Source: Alphaproteobacteria bacterium
GTDB lineage: Bacteria > Pseudomonadota > Alphaproteobacteria > SP197
Assembly: GCA_964291265.2 (NCBI GenBank)
Contig: OZ219746.1
Span: 288,001 to 352,000 of the forward strand
Direction: 5' to 3'
DNA length: 64,000 nt
Under the pieces are notes generated by a model. That model ran no database searches. It was given only the letters and a program-made list of their open reading frames with translations, and was not told where the DNA came from. The position numbers were made by a program, and so were the translations under genes. Positions 30,394-41,800 of this stretch are shown in pieces (the stretch's first letter is position 1; each line of letters opens with the position of its first letter).

Positions 30394-31290
30394 CTAGAAG
30401 TAGCCCTCTCGCTTCTTCCTTTCCATCGAACCCGACTGGTCGCGGTCGATCAGCCGTCCGGTTCTCTCGGAGGTTTTCAGCGCCCGCATTTCGTCAATGA
30501 CCGCCGGAACGCTGTCGGCCGCCGACTCGATGGCGCCAGTGAGAGGCCAGCAACCCAGGGTGCGGAATCTCACGCGCCGCATGGAGACGGTCTCGGTCCC
30601 CTCCAGCGCCATGCGGTCGTCGACGCGCATGATGAGCATGCCGTTGCGTTCGACGACGGGGCGCGGTGCCGCGAGGTAGAGAGGCACGATGTCGATTCCC
30701 TCGCTCTCGATGTAACGCCAGACATCGGCTTCGGTCCAGTTCGACAGGGGGAAGACACGCATCGATTCCCCGGGTCCGACACGGGTGTTGTAGAGGTTCC
30801 AGAGTTCCGGCCTCTGGTCGCGGGGCTCCCAGCGATGGGCCGCGGAACGAAAGGAAAAGACCCGTTCCTTGGCCCGGGAGCGCTCCTCGTCCCTCCTGGC
30901 CCCCCCGATCGCGGCGTCGAAGCCATGCCGGGTGAGCGCCTGCTTCAGTGCCTCGGTCTTCATCACCTCGGTGTGAAGGGCCGACCCGTGGACGAAGGGG
31001 GAAACGCCTCGATCGAGTCCCTGTCGGTTGACGTGGATGAGGAGTTCCATGTCGAGGTCGCGCGCCGTGCGGTCGCGAAAGTCGTACATCTCCGGGAACT
31101 TCCAGGTGGTGTCGACATGGAGCAGGGGAAAAGGCGGCCTCGAGGGATGGAAGGCCTTGCGCGCCAGGTGCAGCATCGCCGAGGAATCCTTGCCGATCGA
31201 ATAGAGCATGACCGGGCGGCGGAACTCGCCCGCCACCTCGCGCATGATATGGATGGATTCCGCCTCGAGCCGGCGCAGATGTGAAAGCAT
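30394..31290 (-). CDS. cysD: Sulfate adenylyltransferase subunit 2
   Basis: [40 protein letters not shown]. Confidence 0.96.
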   Translation of the reverse strand: MLSHLRRLEAESIHIMREVAGEFRRPVMLYSIGKDSSAMLHLARKAFHPSRPPFPLLHVDTTWKFPEMYDFRDRTARDLDMELLIHVNRQGLDRGVSPFVHGSALHTEVMKTEALKQALTRHGFDAAIGGARRDEERSRAKERVFSFRSAAHRWEPRDQRPELWNLYNTRVGPGESMRVFPLSNWTEADVWRYIESEGIDIVPLYLAAPRPVVERNGMLIMRVDDRMALEGTETVSMRRVRFRTLGCWPLTGAIESAADSVPAVIDEMRALKTSERTGRLIDRDQSGSMERKKREGYF

Positions 31291-31453
31291 GCCGCGAACC
31301 CTTACCCTGCAGTCACGTCCCGGGGCAGGGAGATGAGGACCATGACGCTATCCCGTGCCGCCGATCAGTTCAATCGCATGTCGCGCAGGCCTTTCAGGTT
31401 TCGGGAGGTGTGATGTAGGGTGAGCGCGTGGATCGTAGCCAGGCGGCAATCCG

Positions 31454-32389
31454 ATGACGACACGTTTCTACACGCACGACGCGTGCCTTGCCCACGATAC
31501 CGGTCCTCATCATCCCGAGAGGGCGTCGCGGCTGCAGACGATCCTCGCGACCCTTGATGACGGGAGATTTGCGGCCCTTGAGCGCGTCGTTCCGCATCCG
31601 GCGACACCCGATCACATCGCTCTCATGCACCCGGCGCCCTGGGTCGAGGCGGTACTGGGCGCCATTCCTTCCGCCGGTCACGGCCATCTCGATGCCGATA
31701 CGGTGGTCTCGAGCGGTTCAGGTCATGCCGCCCTCGTCGCCGCCGGCGCTCTTGTCGAGGCGGTCGATGCGGTGGTGGCCGGGGAGGTGTGCAACGCCTT
31801 CTGTGCCGTTCGACCGCCAGGCCATCATGCCGAACAGACCCGCGCCATGGGTTTCTGCCTCTTCAATTCCGTTGCCGTCGGTGCTGCCCACGCCCGTGCC
31901 GCCCACGCCCTCCACAGGGTCGCGGTCGTCGACTTCGATGTCCATCACGGCAACGGCACCCAGGCAATGTTCTGGGACGAGGAGGGAATGTTCTACGCCT
32001 CGACCCACCAGTATCCCCACTACCCTGGAACCGGCAGCGAAGAGGAGACCGGTTGCCGGGACAACATCGTGAACGCCCCGCTTCGCCCGGGGTCGGGGAG
32101 CGATGCCTTCCGTGCCGCCATCGAGAATCGCGTCATCCCGGCTCTTGACGCCTTCCGTCCCGAGATGGTGTTCATTTCTGCGGGCTTCGATGCCCACGAG
32201 CGTGATCCGCTGGCCAGCATCAATCTGGTGGAAGAGGACTTCGCCTGGGTGACGGAGCGCCTGCTCGAGGTCGGCCGCCTTCACGCGGGAGGGCGTGTTG
32301 TGTCGGTGCTGGAAGGCGGGTATGACCTTGATGCGCTGGGGGCGAGCGCCGCCCGGCACATCGAGACTCTCATGGAGGCAGGGGAATGA
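31454..32389 (+). CDS. Histone deacetylase family protein
   Basis: HPE, RPPGHHA, GFCLFN, DFDVHHGNGTQ, SAGFDAH, LEGGY. Confidence 0.93.
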   Translation: MTTRFYTHDACLAHDTGPHHPERASRLQTILATLDDGRFAALERVVPHPATPDHIALMHPAPWVEAVLGAIPSAGHGHLDADTVVSSGSGHAALVAAGALVEAVDAVVAGEVCNAFCAVRPPGHHAEQTRAMGFCLFNSVAVGAAHARAAHALHRVAVVDFDVHHGNGTQAMFWDEEGMFYASTHQYPHYPGTGSEEETGCRDNIVNAPLRPGSGSDAFRAAIENRVIPALDAFRPEMVFISAGFDAHERDPLASINLVEEDFAWVTERLLEVGRLHAGGRVVSVLEGGYDLDALGASAARHIETLMEAGE

Positions 32390-32643
32390 CAGGCGTGGAT
32401 GCGGAAGATGACATGGCCTCGATGAGTTTCGAGACCGCCATGGCGGAACTCGAGACCATTGTCGCGCGTCTCGAGAAGGGCGAGGCGAAGCTCGACGAGG
32501 CGATCGGCGACTACGAGCGGGGCGCTCTCCTGCGGCGGCACTGTGAAGCCAGGCTGAGGGAAGCCCGGGAGAAGGTCGAGAAGATCCGTCTTGGAGCCGA
32601 CGGCAGCATCGCTGCCGAACCGGAGTCTGTCGGAGAGGAGTGA
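32386..32643 (+). CDS. xseB: Exodeoxyribonuclease VII small subunit
   Basis: MSFETAMAELETIVARLE..YERGALLRRHC. Confidence 0.94.
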   Translation: MTGVDAEDDMASMSFETAMAELETIVARLEKGEAKLDEAIGDYERGALLRRHCEARLREAREKVEKIRLGADGSIAAEPESVGEE

Positions 32644-32647
32644 GACA

Positions 32648-33526
32648 GTGACCGGCCTGCCGGACATGCTGGAAAGGGGCGCGCGGAGCGTCGACCGGAC
32701 ACTCGAGGAACTCCTGCCCCGGGCCTCCGGACCGGAGGGCAGGTTCCACGAAGCCATGAGGTATGCCGTTTTCAACGGCGGCAAGCGCCTTCGCCCGGTG
32801 CTCGCGACACTCTCTGCCGCGGTGTTCGGAATCACCGGGATCCGGGCCCTGAGGACGGCCGCCGCCGTCGAACTGATCCATTGTTATTCGCTGATTCACG
32901 ACGATCTGCCCGCACTCGACAACGACGACCTGCGCCGCGGCCGGCCGACCTGTCATCGGGCCTTCGACGAAGCGACGGCGATCCTCGCTGGAGACGGATT
33001 GCAGTCGCTGGCCTTCGATGTCCTGGCGCATCCGGCGACGCACGAGGATGCGGAGGTGCGCATCGGCCTTGTTCGCGCCCTTGCCCATGCCTCCGGTTGC
33101 ATCGGCATGATAGCCGGTCAGGCGATCGACATGGCGGCCGAGCACATAACCCTCGATGTGCCCGGCATCAGGCGCCTGCAGGCTCTCAAGACCGGTGGGC
33201 TCTTCGTGTTCGGCGCCCGGGCCGGCGCCATCCTCGCCCGGGCCGATGAAGCTGCGATGATCGCCTTTGGCAGGGATCTCGGAACGGCCTTCCAGATCAC
33301 CGACGACATCCTCGATGTCGAGGGCGACGAGCAGAAAGTGGGCAAGGCAACCGGCAAGGATGCGGGCGCCGGCAAGGCGACCCTGGTCGAGGCCCTGGGA
33401 CTGGAGGCGGCACGCCGCAGGGCGGTCGAACTCTCCGAACGGGCGATCGATGCCCTCGAGACGTTCGGGGAGACGGCCGACGGCCTGCGTGACATGGCGC
33501 GGTTTGCTGTTCATCGACAGGTCTGA
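32648..33526 (+). CDS. ispA: Farnesyl diphosphate synthase
   Basis: GGKRLRP, HDDLP..DDLRRGRPT, KTG, FQITDDILD. Confidence 0.93.
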   Translation: MTGLPDMLERGARSVDRTLEELLPRASGPEGRFHEAMRYAVFNGGKRLRPVLATLSAAVFGITGIRALRTAAAVELIHCYSLIHDDLPALDNDDLRRGRPTCHRAFDEATAILAGDGLQSLAFDVLAHPATHEDAEVRIGLVRALAHASGCIGMIAGQAIDMAAEHITLDVPGIRRLQALKTGGLFVFGARAGAILARADEAAMIAFGRDLGTAFQITDDILDVEGDEQKVGKATGKDAGAGKATLVEALGLEAARRRAVELSERAIDALETFGETADGLRDMARFAVHRQV

Positions 33527-33535
33527 ATCTCCTGC

Positions 33536-34285
33536 ATGGCACGAACCGGCCGCCAGCGTGTCGATCAACTTCTGGTCCATCGGCAGCTGGCGCCGAGTCG
33601 GACACGGGCGCAGTCGCTGGTCATGGCGGGCGCAGTCTTCAGCGGCTCGAGACGGATCGACAAGCCCGGTGACCTGGTGTCTGTCAACAGCGTCATCGAG
33701 GTGCGCAGGCCGGACCATCCCTGGGTGTCGCGGGGAGGCCTCAAGCTCGAGCATGCGCTCGATCACTTCGCCATCGATGTCCAGGGTGTCCTCGCCCTCG
33801 ACCTTGGAGCATCCACCGGCGGGTTCGTGGATGTCCTGCTCGCCCGACATGCGGCGCGCGTCTGGGCCGTCGATGTCGGCAAGGGACAGCTTGCCTGGCG
33901 ACTGCGCCAGTCTCCCCGCGTCACCGTGTTGGAAGGCGTCAACGCTCGTGCCCTCGATGCGACACTCATCCCCGAACCGCCCGGCATCCTCGTCGCCGAT
34001 CTCTCGTTCATTTCGCTGATGACCGCGCTGCCGGCGTCCCTGTCGCTGGCGGCTCCCGCCTCTCACCTCATCGCTCTCATCAAGCCCCAGTTCGAAGCCG
34101 GCCGGGAACGTGTCGGCAAGGGCGGCATCGTCCGCGATCCGGAGGTGCACCGGGAAGTCTGCACCAGCATCCGCACCTGGCTCGCCGACACCATGGGCTG
34201 GCACGCCCTCGGCATCGTCGAGAGTCCGATCACCGGCCGCAGCGGCAACCGCGAATTTCTCATCGCCGCCCGCAAGCCCGGTTGA
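33536..34285 (+). CDS. tlyA: TlyA family RNA methyltransferase
   Basis: N-terminal S4 domain, SRGGLKL, GASTGGF, DLSFISL, KPQFE, GNREF. Confidence 0.95.
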   Translation: MARTGRQRVDQLLVHRQLAPSRTRAQSLVMAGAVFSGSRRIDKPGDLVSVNSVIEVRRPDHPWVSRGGLKLEHALDHFAIDVQGVLALDLGASTGGFVDVLLARHAARVWAVDVGKGQLAWRLRQSPRVTVLEGVNARALDATLIPEPPGILVADLSFISLMTALPASLSLAAPASHLIALIKPQFEAGRERVGKGGIVRDPEVHREVCTSIRTWLADTMGWHALGIVESPITGRSGNREFLIAARKPG

Positions 34286-34652
34286 CCCCTCCCGGTGATC
34301 AGTTCCGCATCGCAGTTCGGCCAGACATGCCAATGGGTGTCCGAGGGATGAGCCGCCCTCGGTGAAGGCGACACCGGCATGGGCCGCCATGCCAAGAGCG
34401 CCCGAACCGCCACCACCGATGTCGACAAGACCCTCGGAGACCCTCGGTCGCCTCCAGGCCATTGTCATTCAAGAACGTCGTGTCCTGGACGACAAAAGAA
34501 AAGCCCTGCATACGAACGCGCGACGTCAAGAGACTCGAACGGAGTTCAGCGTGGGATCACCCTGAACAAGAGCCGAGTTCCGTTGACGGTCACGGGATCC
34601 ATCCTCATACTCGCGCAAACAGGAGTTTTCCGGGGTGCGGTTCAAGATCGCC

Positions 34653-35111
34653 ATGCAAGAGCGTTTCGTGGACGACGTAGCGGCCCGAGATAAGTATTCG
34701 TCGTTCCATCGTCATCTCCTTTCCATGCGTCCGGAACCGGAATGGCGGACAACCTTCGGCGCGCTTGAAGCGGTTCTCGGCAGCCGACTGCCTGTTTCGA
34801 CACAACCGCGCCGGCCCTTGTGGTCCAACCCGAGGATGGACAATGATCATTCGCTGGCGCAGCAGGCGGCGAGATGGCGTTTGCAGAACGGGGGCATCAA
34901 AACGAGGACGACTGTGCTCGCGTTCCAGGAGATGCCGCCGGAACCGAACACGGTGCCCGTGCGACAGCAGGGATTCTCTATCCGGGAGATTCTGCCTCCC
35001 TATGATCCCGGACCCTGGCCCGACGGCTTCACGATGAGCCGTGAGCAAATCTACGACGACATGGGGCGCTTGACCGGAGGACACGAGGACATGCCCGGTG
35101 ACAACCACTGA
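34653..35111 (+). CDS. Putative antitoxin/DNA-binding protein (DUF7662-like N-terminus)
   Basis: KY..F..HL..WRTTF.ALEAVLG..LP.S....WSN pattern; C-terminal PGPWPDGFTMSREQIYDD typical of PIN antitoxins; 5 nt upstream of the PIN gene. Confidence 0.6.
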   Translation: MQERFVDDVAARDKYSSFHRHLLSMRPEPEWRTTFGALEAVLGSRLPVSTQPRRPLWSNPRMDNDHSLAQQAARWRLQNGGIKTRTTVLAFQEMPPEPNTVPVRQQGFSIREILPPYDPGPWPDGFTMSREQIYDDMGRLTGGHEDMPGDNH

Positions 35112-35116
35112 CCGGC

Positions 35117-35551
35117 ATGTTCGTTGACACCAATGTTCTCGTTGCGGCCCGTTTCGTGAACGCGCCTTGTCATGTGATTGCCTGCCGGTGCCTCGACCAC
35201 GCCGGCAATAGCGAAGAACCCCTGCTCATCAGCCGCCAGATTGTCCGCGAGTATCTCGTTGTGGTTACGCGCCAGCAAAGCTGGGCCAAACCGCTCGCCA
35301 TAACCGACGCTTTGGATGACGTGACGAGGCTGGTATCCCCGTTCATCCTCCTGGAAGATGGTCCGAACGTCATGGAGATGCTGGCCGTGCTTTGCCGCGA
35401 GGTTCCCGTCGGGGGCAAGCAGGTCCATGACGCGAACATCGCGGCAACCATGCTGGCGTATGGTGAGCGACGACTCCTGACACTCAACATCAAGGACTTC
35501 CGGCGTTACGGAAATCGAATCGAGCTGGTGGATCTGAAGGTGGCAGGGTGA
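35117..35551 (+). CDS. PIN-domain (VapC-like) ribonuclease
   Basis: FVDTNVL, QIVREY, GKQVHDANIAATM, LTLNIKDF. Confidence 0.9.
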   Translation: MFVDTNVLVAARFVNAPCHVIACRCLDHAGNSEEPLLISRQIVREYLVVVTRQQSWAKPLAITDALDDVTRLVSPFILLEDGPNVMEMLAVLCREVPVGGKQVHDANIAATMLAYGERRLLTLNIKDFRRYGNRIELVDLKVAG

Positions 35552-35844
35552 GTGGGCGACCTAGTGAACCCGAACGAGTGCTCTGGCCAAGAATTAGGTC
35601 TGGAGCCGTTGCGCGTTGGAATCACCCACTGCCTCTGCGGGCATATGCATGACGGCCACGGATCCCAACCGACACAACGCCAGTCATGCGTGTGTTTCAT
35701 CATCGATGGTTGATGATGCAGTGGTGGCTGGGTCGCTCGAACCGTCCTTTCGGACGGTCGATGAATATTGTTCCCAAACGCTTGACACCAACCCTCGGAC
35801 CACCGACAGCTGAGAACGAGTGTCCGCCCGGAGAAAACGCCACA

Positions 35845-38800
35845 ATGACTGAACCTTCCCTGTCAGCTCTGGCCTCCGTTCTGCGACCGTTCACCACGAT
35901 CGTTTTCCAGCATGTACGCCGTTTGTCCGCGGAGCGTCAGGCTGGTCAAGAGCCGTTAATCCGAACATCCACAGTCATGGATGGCTTGCTAAACAATACG
36001 CTGGACAGAATTCGCAACGGACGCATTGACTCAAGCTGGTGGCAAAGCTTGCTGCATCGAGTCGGTCACCAGTACATTGCCCCCGATTTTCTGAAAAAGC
36101 CCGTGTTACGGGGATGGCTTGCGGAGGAGTCCGTCGCTAAGGACCTTAAGATGATTGCGACGTGGCGTATAATGGACAGTGCTCAAGATGAGGCCGTCCC
36201 TCGCGATCGCCTCGCCCAAAGCTACTCGCACCGAACCGGAGAAGTCCCCTACCTGGCTGCCAGACCTATCGATGTGGTGGTAGCCGTCCTGGTTGCGGGC
36301 TACTTTGGAGCGAGTCGATCCGATGATCGAGCGATTACGGGCATCATGCAAACCGGATTTTTGCAGATCAGTGAACGCCTAGATCAGCTAGGCCAAGCCT
36401 TACCGCTGACCACCGATCCAGTCACCTGCAAAGCGCATACGCAAGATGCAGAGAAGCGGCTCGCACAAATCCTCTCTCTTCGCGGCATCAATCCTGCAAG
36501 AGCGCGACACGACACTCAAGAACTGCTAAAGCGACTTGACTCTGGTGACCTGTCCGCCGCCGCAGCAAAGATCAAGCATGACGTTCGTTACTGGACGGCA
36601 AGGTTGAGTGCGAGTGATGTCAAAACACTCGAGATTGCCAAAGAGCTCAGGGTGCAGATCAACAACGATGACCCGGACAGGGATCTGTCCATCATCGATG
36701 CACTGATATGCGAGACGCAGGACAACCCCGATGAAGCCGTCCGACTTCTTCGCGACCGTGACGACCCTGATTCTCGAGCCGTTTTTTTCGGCCTGCTTGC
36801 CCGATCACGTGACGCCGGCGCCGCACTGGCCGAATTTGCGGAAAGAATGGTTACCGCACATGCCGAGTTCTTTACCTCTATTGGATGGAGGAACTGGGCC
36901 CATTGCATGATCAAGGTGGGTCGATGGATGGAAGCAGCGGAGGTTCTCGTTCGGATCGGCGACAAGAAGTCCGATTCCCCGATGTTGGCTCTTATTGAAG
37001 GAATCATCAACGCGCAGTTGCTGCTTCCCACGGAGTTGCGAAACGCTACTGGAGACCTTCCGATATCTGCCGGCATCAGACCAATGCAGGGAGAGGATGC
37101 AGAGAACATTCATGCGCGAGCAGCGGCCTGCCTTGAAATGGCTCAGGCTGGATTTGGGGAGCTTGAAGCCAGCGCTCTCGAGCGATATGTGGCTTTCTGG
37201 CGTCAATGGCTCCGGTTGATGGATCCGAAGGATGAGAACGCAAGAGTTGCTCGGGAGCAAGTTCGACAAGATCTCGACCGTGACGAACCGGACATCAGGG
37301 CGGTACCGCTCGCATGGGCATTTGAAATTTCATTCAATCGGGAGCCGATACGACGCTACCTGTCTGGTCGAGAGAAACTCGGTGGGTTGGACGACGATGA
37401 GCTTCGGGCTCAGTGCCTTCTGTTGTTGATTGACATGGACTCCGGAGCCTTGAGTGGCCGGAACTTCCTGCGTTATCTGAATGCACATCGGAAGAGGCTT
37501 GATCGCGTGATGTCGAACGGCCTCCTCAAGTCCGCGAATATCAGGGCTCTGGTAGTGGACAATCAGACGGCGAGAGCTCGCAAGCGTTTGGAGGAGATGC
37601 GCGGTGACCTTGACGACGAGGGAGTAAGGCGTCTTTCTGCGATGATCGATTCTCACGCGGGTCTCGACCCTCGACAGAAGCTTGAAAGGGCATACCAAGA
37701 GACTGGAAGCATCACAGATCTTCGCAATCTTGTTGAGTGTGTGAGGAATGCGGATGACAACGAGGCTCTCCTACCTCTTCTCCGGGAGTTGGTGGGGCGA
37801 CACCGGACCGTCGCGAATGTGACGGACTTGGCGGTTTGCCTGAGCGGTCGACCTTTCTCGGATCACCGTCAGATAGTCGAACTTCTCGATTCCAACGAGG
37901 CCTACGCGGATCTTGTCGAACAAAGCGTCGACCTCAAGGTTGTAAAGGCGTGGGCGCTCTTTCACTCCGGTCAGTTGTCGAAAGCCAAGGTACATAGCGA
38001 CGAGATCTTGAACAATCGGTCTTCAGTGAACATGAACTTGTCTGAAGCGAGCGTGATTGGCCTCGACATCAACATCGCATTGGCATCCGGTGACTGGGAG
38101 CGTCTCCCGGCAATCGTCGAGCGTGAATGGCCAAGGCGAGATGAGCACACCGCCAATACGCTACTTGGTCTGGCCCAGATTTCACCTCGTCAAGGCAAGA
38201 ACCCAGACCGGGCGCTGATGCTTGCCAGGCTGGCCGCAGAAAAGGCCCCCGATGACCCGCACGTCCTGGCAGCGTCGTATTGGTTGCATTTCCAGCATGG
38301 TCGAGACGGAGACGCTGATCGGGATTGGTTGTCACGCGCCTTGGAGCTCTCGTCGGACGAAGATGGGCCCGTGTGGTCCGTTGATCTGCAAACAGTTGCT
38401 ACCAACTGGATGCCCACGCGTCGGGAACGACTGGCCGAAATCAGGAAGCAATGGCTGGCTGGTGAGATCCCGACTGGATTGGCTGCGTCTCTATGGGACG
38501 TCTCCCTGACACGCCTCCTTGTACAAATTCCCGAGACCAACGCAGATGAGCCCGATCGACGCCTGACGGAAGTCGTGCCGGTGGGTCTTGGCAAGCGGGC
38601 GGCCGTGGAACTGCAAACGGACTGGGCTATTGGGCTGGATATCACCTCCATTCTCGTCTTGCACTACCTCGGTTTTTTGGAGTTTGTTTTCTGTGTGTTC
38701 AAGCGTGTCAAGCTCGCTTCTGACGTGATGCTGAGCCTGTTCCGGGAGCAGGACAGAGTCCGCTTCCATCAGCCATCGCGCATCAGAGACGGACAGCAGG

Positions 38801-41800
38801 TGCAGAATTTGTGCAACCTGCAGCGACTTCGCGTTGCTGATGGTATTGAGGCCCCACCCACAGACGCTGTCGACGAGCTAGGGAGGGAGTTGGCTGAATT
38901 ATTGCACGCAGCAAGACAAGGCGGCGGCAAGGTGGTTTGCGTCTTTCCAATCCACCAACCCAAGTCGATGATGGAGAAGGAAGCCGACACCACGGCGTGG
39001 AACGACCTCCTCGTTTCAGTGTTCGATCTGTGCAGGTTGCTGCATATGCGGGGCGATATCGATGCCGACACACACGAGCGGGTTCAACTGTTTCTTCGAA
39101 CCCAAGGCCAGGCAGCACGAGGGGATGCGGAAACGTCGATTCTGGACGGAGCGATCTATCTGGACGATCTCGCTCTATCCTACCTTCAGAGTGCCAAGGT
39201 TCTGGACCAGGTTGCTACGTCCAACCTGGATCTCCGCATCCATTCCAGGGTTCTCGATCGCATGGAGGCACTCGTCAGAGCGGGTCAATCGGGTGAAGAC
39301 CTTGCAGTGAAGATAGACGAGATTCGTCATGTCCTACGCAGCGCAGTGGAGTCCGGAAGAGCATCCTATCTGCCTCGCAGTGTGGATCAGGAGGAGTCGG
39401 TTCCGAATCGCGACGATCCGTTCGCCGCCACCCGATCGCTGTTGGCAGCCGCTGCTGAATGTGACGCCCTCTGCGTCGATGACCGCTTCATCAACAGCAG
39501 TGAAAGCATCACAGTCACTGAGAAAGCGGAACGCACCATCCCCATTGTCTGTGTACTTGACGTATTGGACTGCCTTGTCGAGCAAGCTCATCTCCGTCCG
39601 GTGCACCTTTGGACGGCACGGCACAAGCTGCGGTCTGGTGGATTTGTCTTCATTCCTTTGGAGGTGGACGAATTGGTCCATTGGCTGAAGACAGCCCCTG
39701 TGGAGAACGGACTGTGGATCGAGAGCGCTGAGCTTCGTGCCATTCGCCAGTCCATGGCACAGACAAGTTCTGTGGGCTTGTTCAACCCCGATGAGACTTT
39801 TGTATTGTCCGATGAGGTAACCCAAACGAGCGTTTGCGCCCTTCGGTCATTGTGGAGAAATCAGTGCTTGGCCGTGGAGACCGTCGTCACGATGTCGACT
39901 TGGGTCTGGCGACACTTGATTGCCAACGCACCTGGTGGGCACGGAGATGACGAAGAGAAAAGACGCAAGACTTGGACTCGAGAGTCAGTGCTACGGCGGG
40001 TCAGTGCGGTTCTTCTCCCACCAGGCATTGAATCGTCCGATCGCCGAGACAGCTTTGCCCGGTGGGTGGACGAGTCGGTTCTTCAACCTTTCCGGCCAGC
40101 AAATGTAAATCTGATCGACGATGCCCTGACTCTCATAGCTGATAGCATTCCGGATGAAGATTGTGAAGACTCAGTGTTTGTTAATTTTTTTCTTTCTCAC
40201 TTGCCGGATTCTTGCCGACAGTATCTGCTGAAGAAGTATCCTGATCGAGCCCGTCGGTGGGGCTTCGAGACACGAACAGTGTTCGGTCTCGAAGCTGGGA
40301 TCAAGATCCTTGATAAGGAGCTGTTTGCGGCTGCAAGGCATGTTTTGTCGGGGAAGGGGGAACGATCGATACGATCCATCATGGGCGACGATATATTGGT
40401 TGATCTCGATCCGGGAGACTTGACCGTGGTCCTGGTGAACCCCGACACCGGGCCAGGAAACAGGGAGAAAATTCCGGATCTCTCGGTTTTTTCTCCTGAT
40501 TCACAAACACGGGTAGCGGCACTGGGTTCCATGCTTGATCGTCTTGGGCCGACGGCACCTGATTTCGGACGCCTTCTTGCCGACCTGGAATTGGGCGAGC
40601 CGGACGATTCTGAATTGACGGATGTCTTTCGTGAGGCTGCCGATGGTGTGGCAGCCTTGCAAGGTTCGTTGCTCAGGAAGATCTGTCCTGGTCAACCTCT
40701 CGACGTCGTTGACGTGGTTCCGGAAGACCTCGCTTATTACGAAAAATTCGTGGGGCCGCAGCCCGAATCGAGGGATCCCGATCAGTACATTTCCCGTACT
40801 CTGATCCCCTATCGCAGAGCACTTCTGGATCGAGACCTGAGCCGCGGCCTTGATATCTGCTGTGTTGGGGCCTTGCGCGAAGATCTTTGTCCTGGACAGT
40901 GGACGTTCCACATCGACGACAATGAGATGTGGGATGCTCTCAACGCCTGCGATGCTGACAAGACGCCGGTTTCACTGCTGGGCGCTCTCGACGTGGCGCT
41001 GTATCGGCAGCACGACGATCGATTTCGGGACTATGCTGCACGAGCGATCATCAAGCTCTGCAGCGATGGGTTCGATCCGCAGCAGAGCACCGAATTCTAC
41101 AAGCTTTTTTGGATATTTACATTTCTCACGTTCAATCGCGTAAGCCTCATCGAAAACGGTTCGAAGCAGCCTGGTTTCTGGAGACGGATGTGTGCGTGGA
41201 TGCAGGCTCAGTTCATTGTCCGTGCCTTGTCAAGAGAATCTGTTTCAGTCGACTTGGACAAGCTGGAGGGTTGGGCCATGTCAAACATGGCGCTCGTGGG
41301 GGCTTATGCCGAGCTTGTCAGCGCTCGGGAAGAGCCGATGCTGTTGTTTGCGGAACGCCTGCCGCCCAGCGATTTACGTTGTGAAGTACTTGGTCGCCTT
41401 GTGGGGCTGAGGTCGCGCCACGCGAGCGAGGGAAGAAGCATTCCCCAGTCGGAAACAATCGACCAGGCACTGGAACGGGCACAGGAGAGCGGGAATTGGC
41501 TGAAGTGCTTCTTTCCCGGGCCGCTGGAAGGCCACCGACGTCCTACTGAACCTGCATCGGAGCAGCTTGTGGGGACGTTGAAGGAATCGGTGCCGGATGG
41601 CTCCCTTCCTGCATCGTGGCACTTCATGGCGAACCTTTCGCATCTGCATGCGTTGGGCGAATGCGAACTTGGTGTCGCACGTGAGGCAGTGGTTCGAGTA
41701 GGCGACGGTTCCGACGAAGGGGAAATGAGGAATACCCTCCTCTCCTTGGAAGCCGCGAGTATGGTAGCGAAAACAAGCAGGGACACGTTGCTGGCGGACG

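Noticed and set aside
31718-34468. 916-aa minus-strand ORF
   Set aside because: Antisense to HDAC-xseB-ispA-tlyA, all clearly real; no domain signal.
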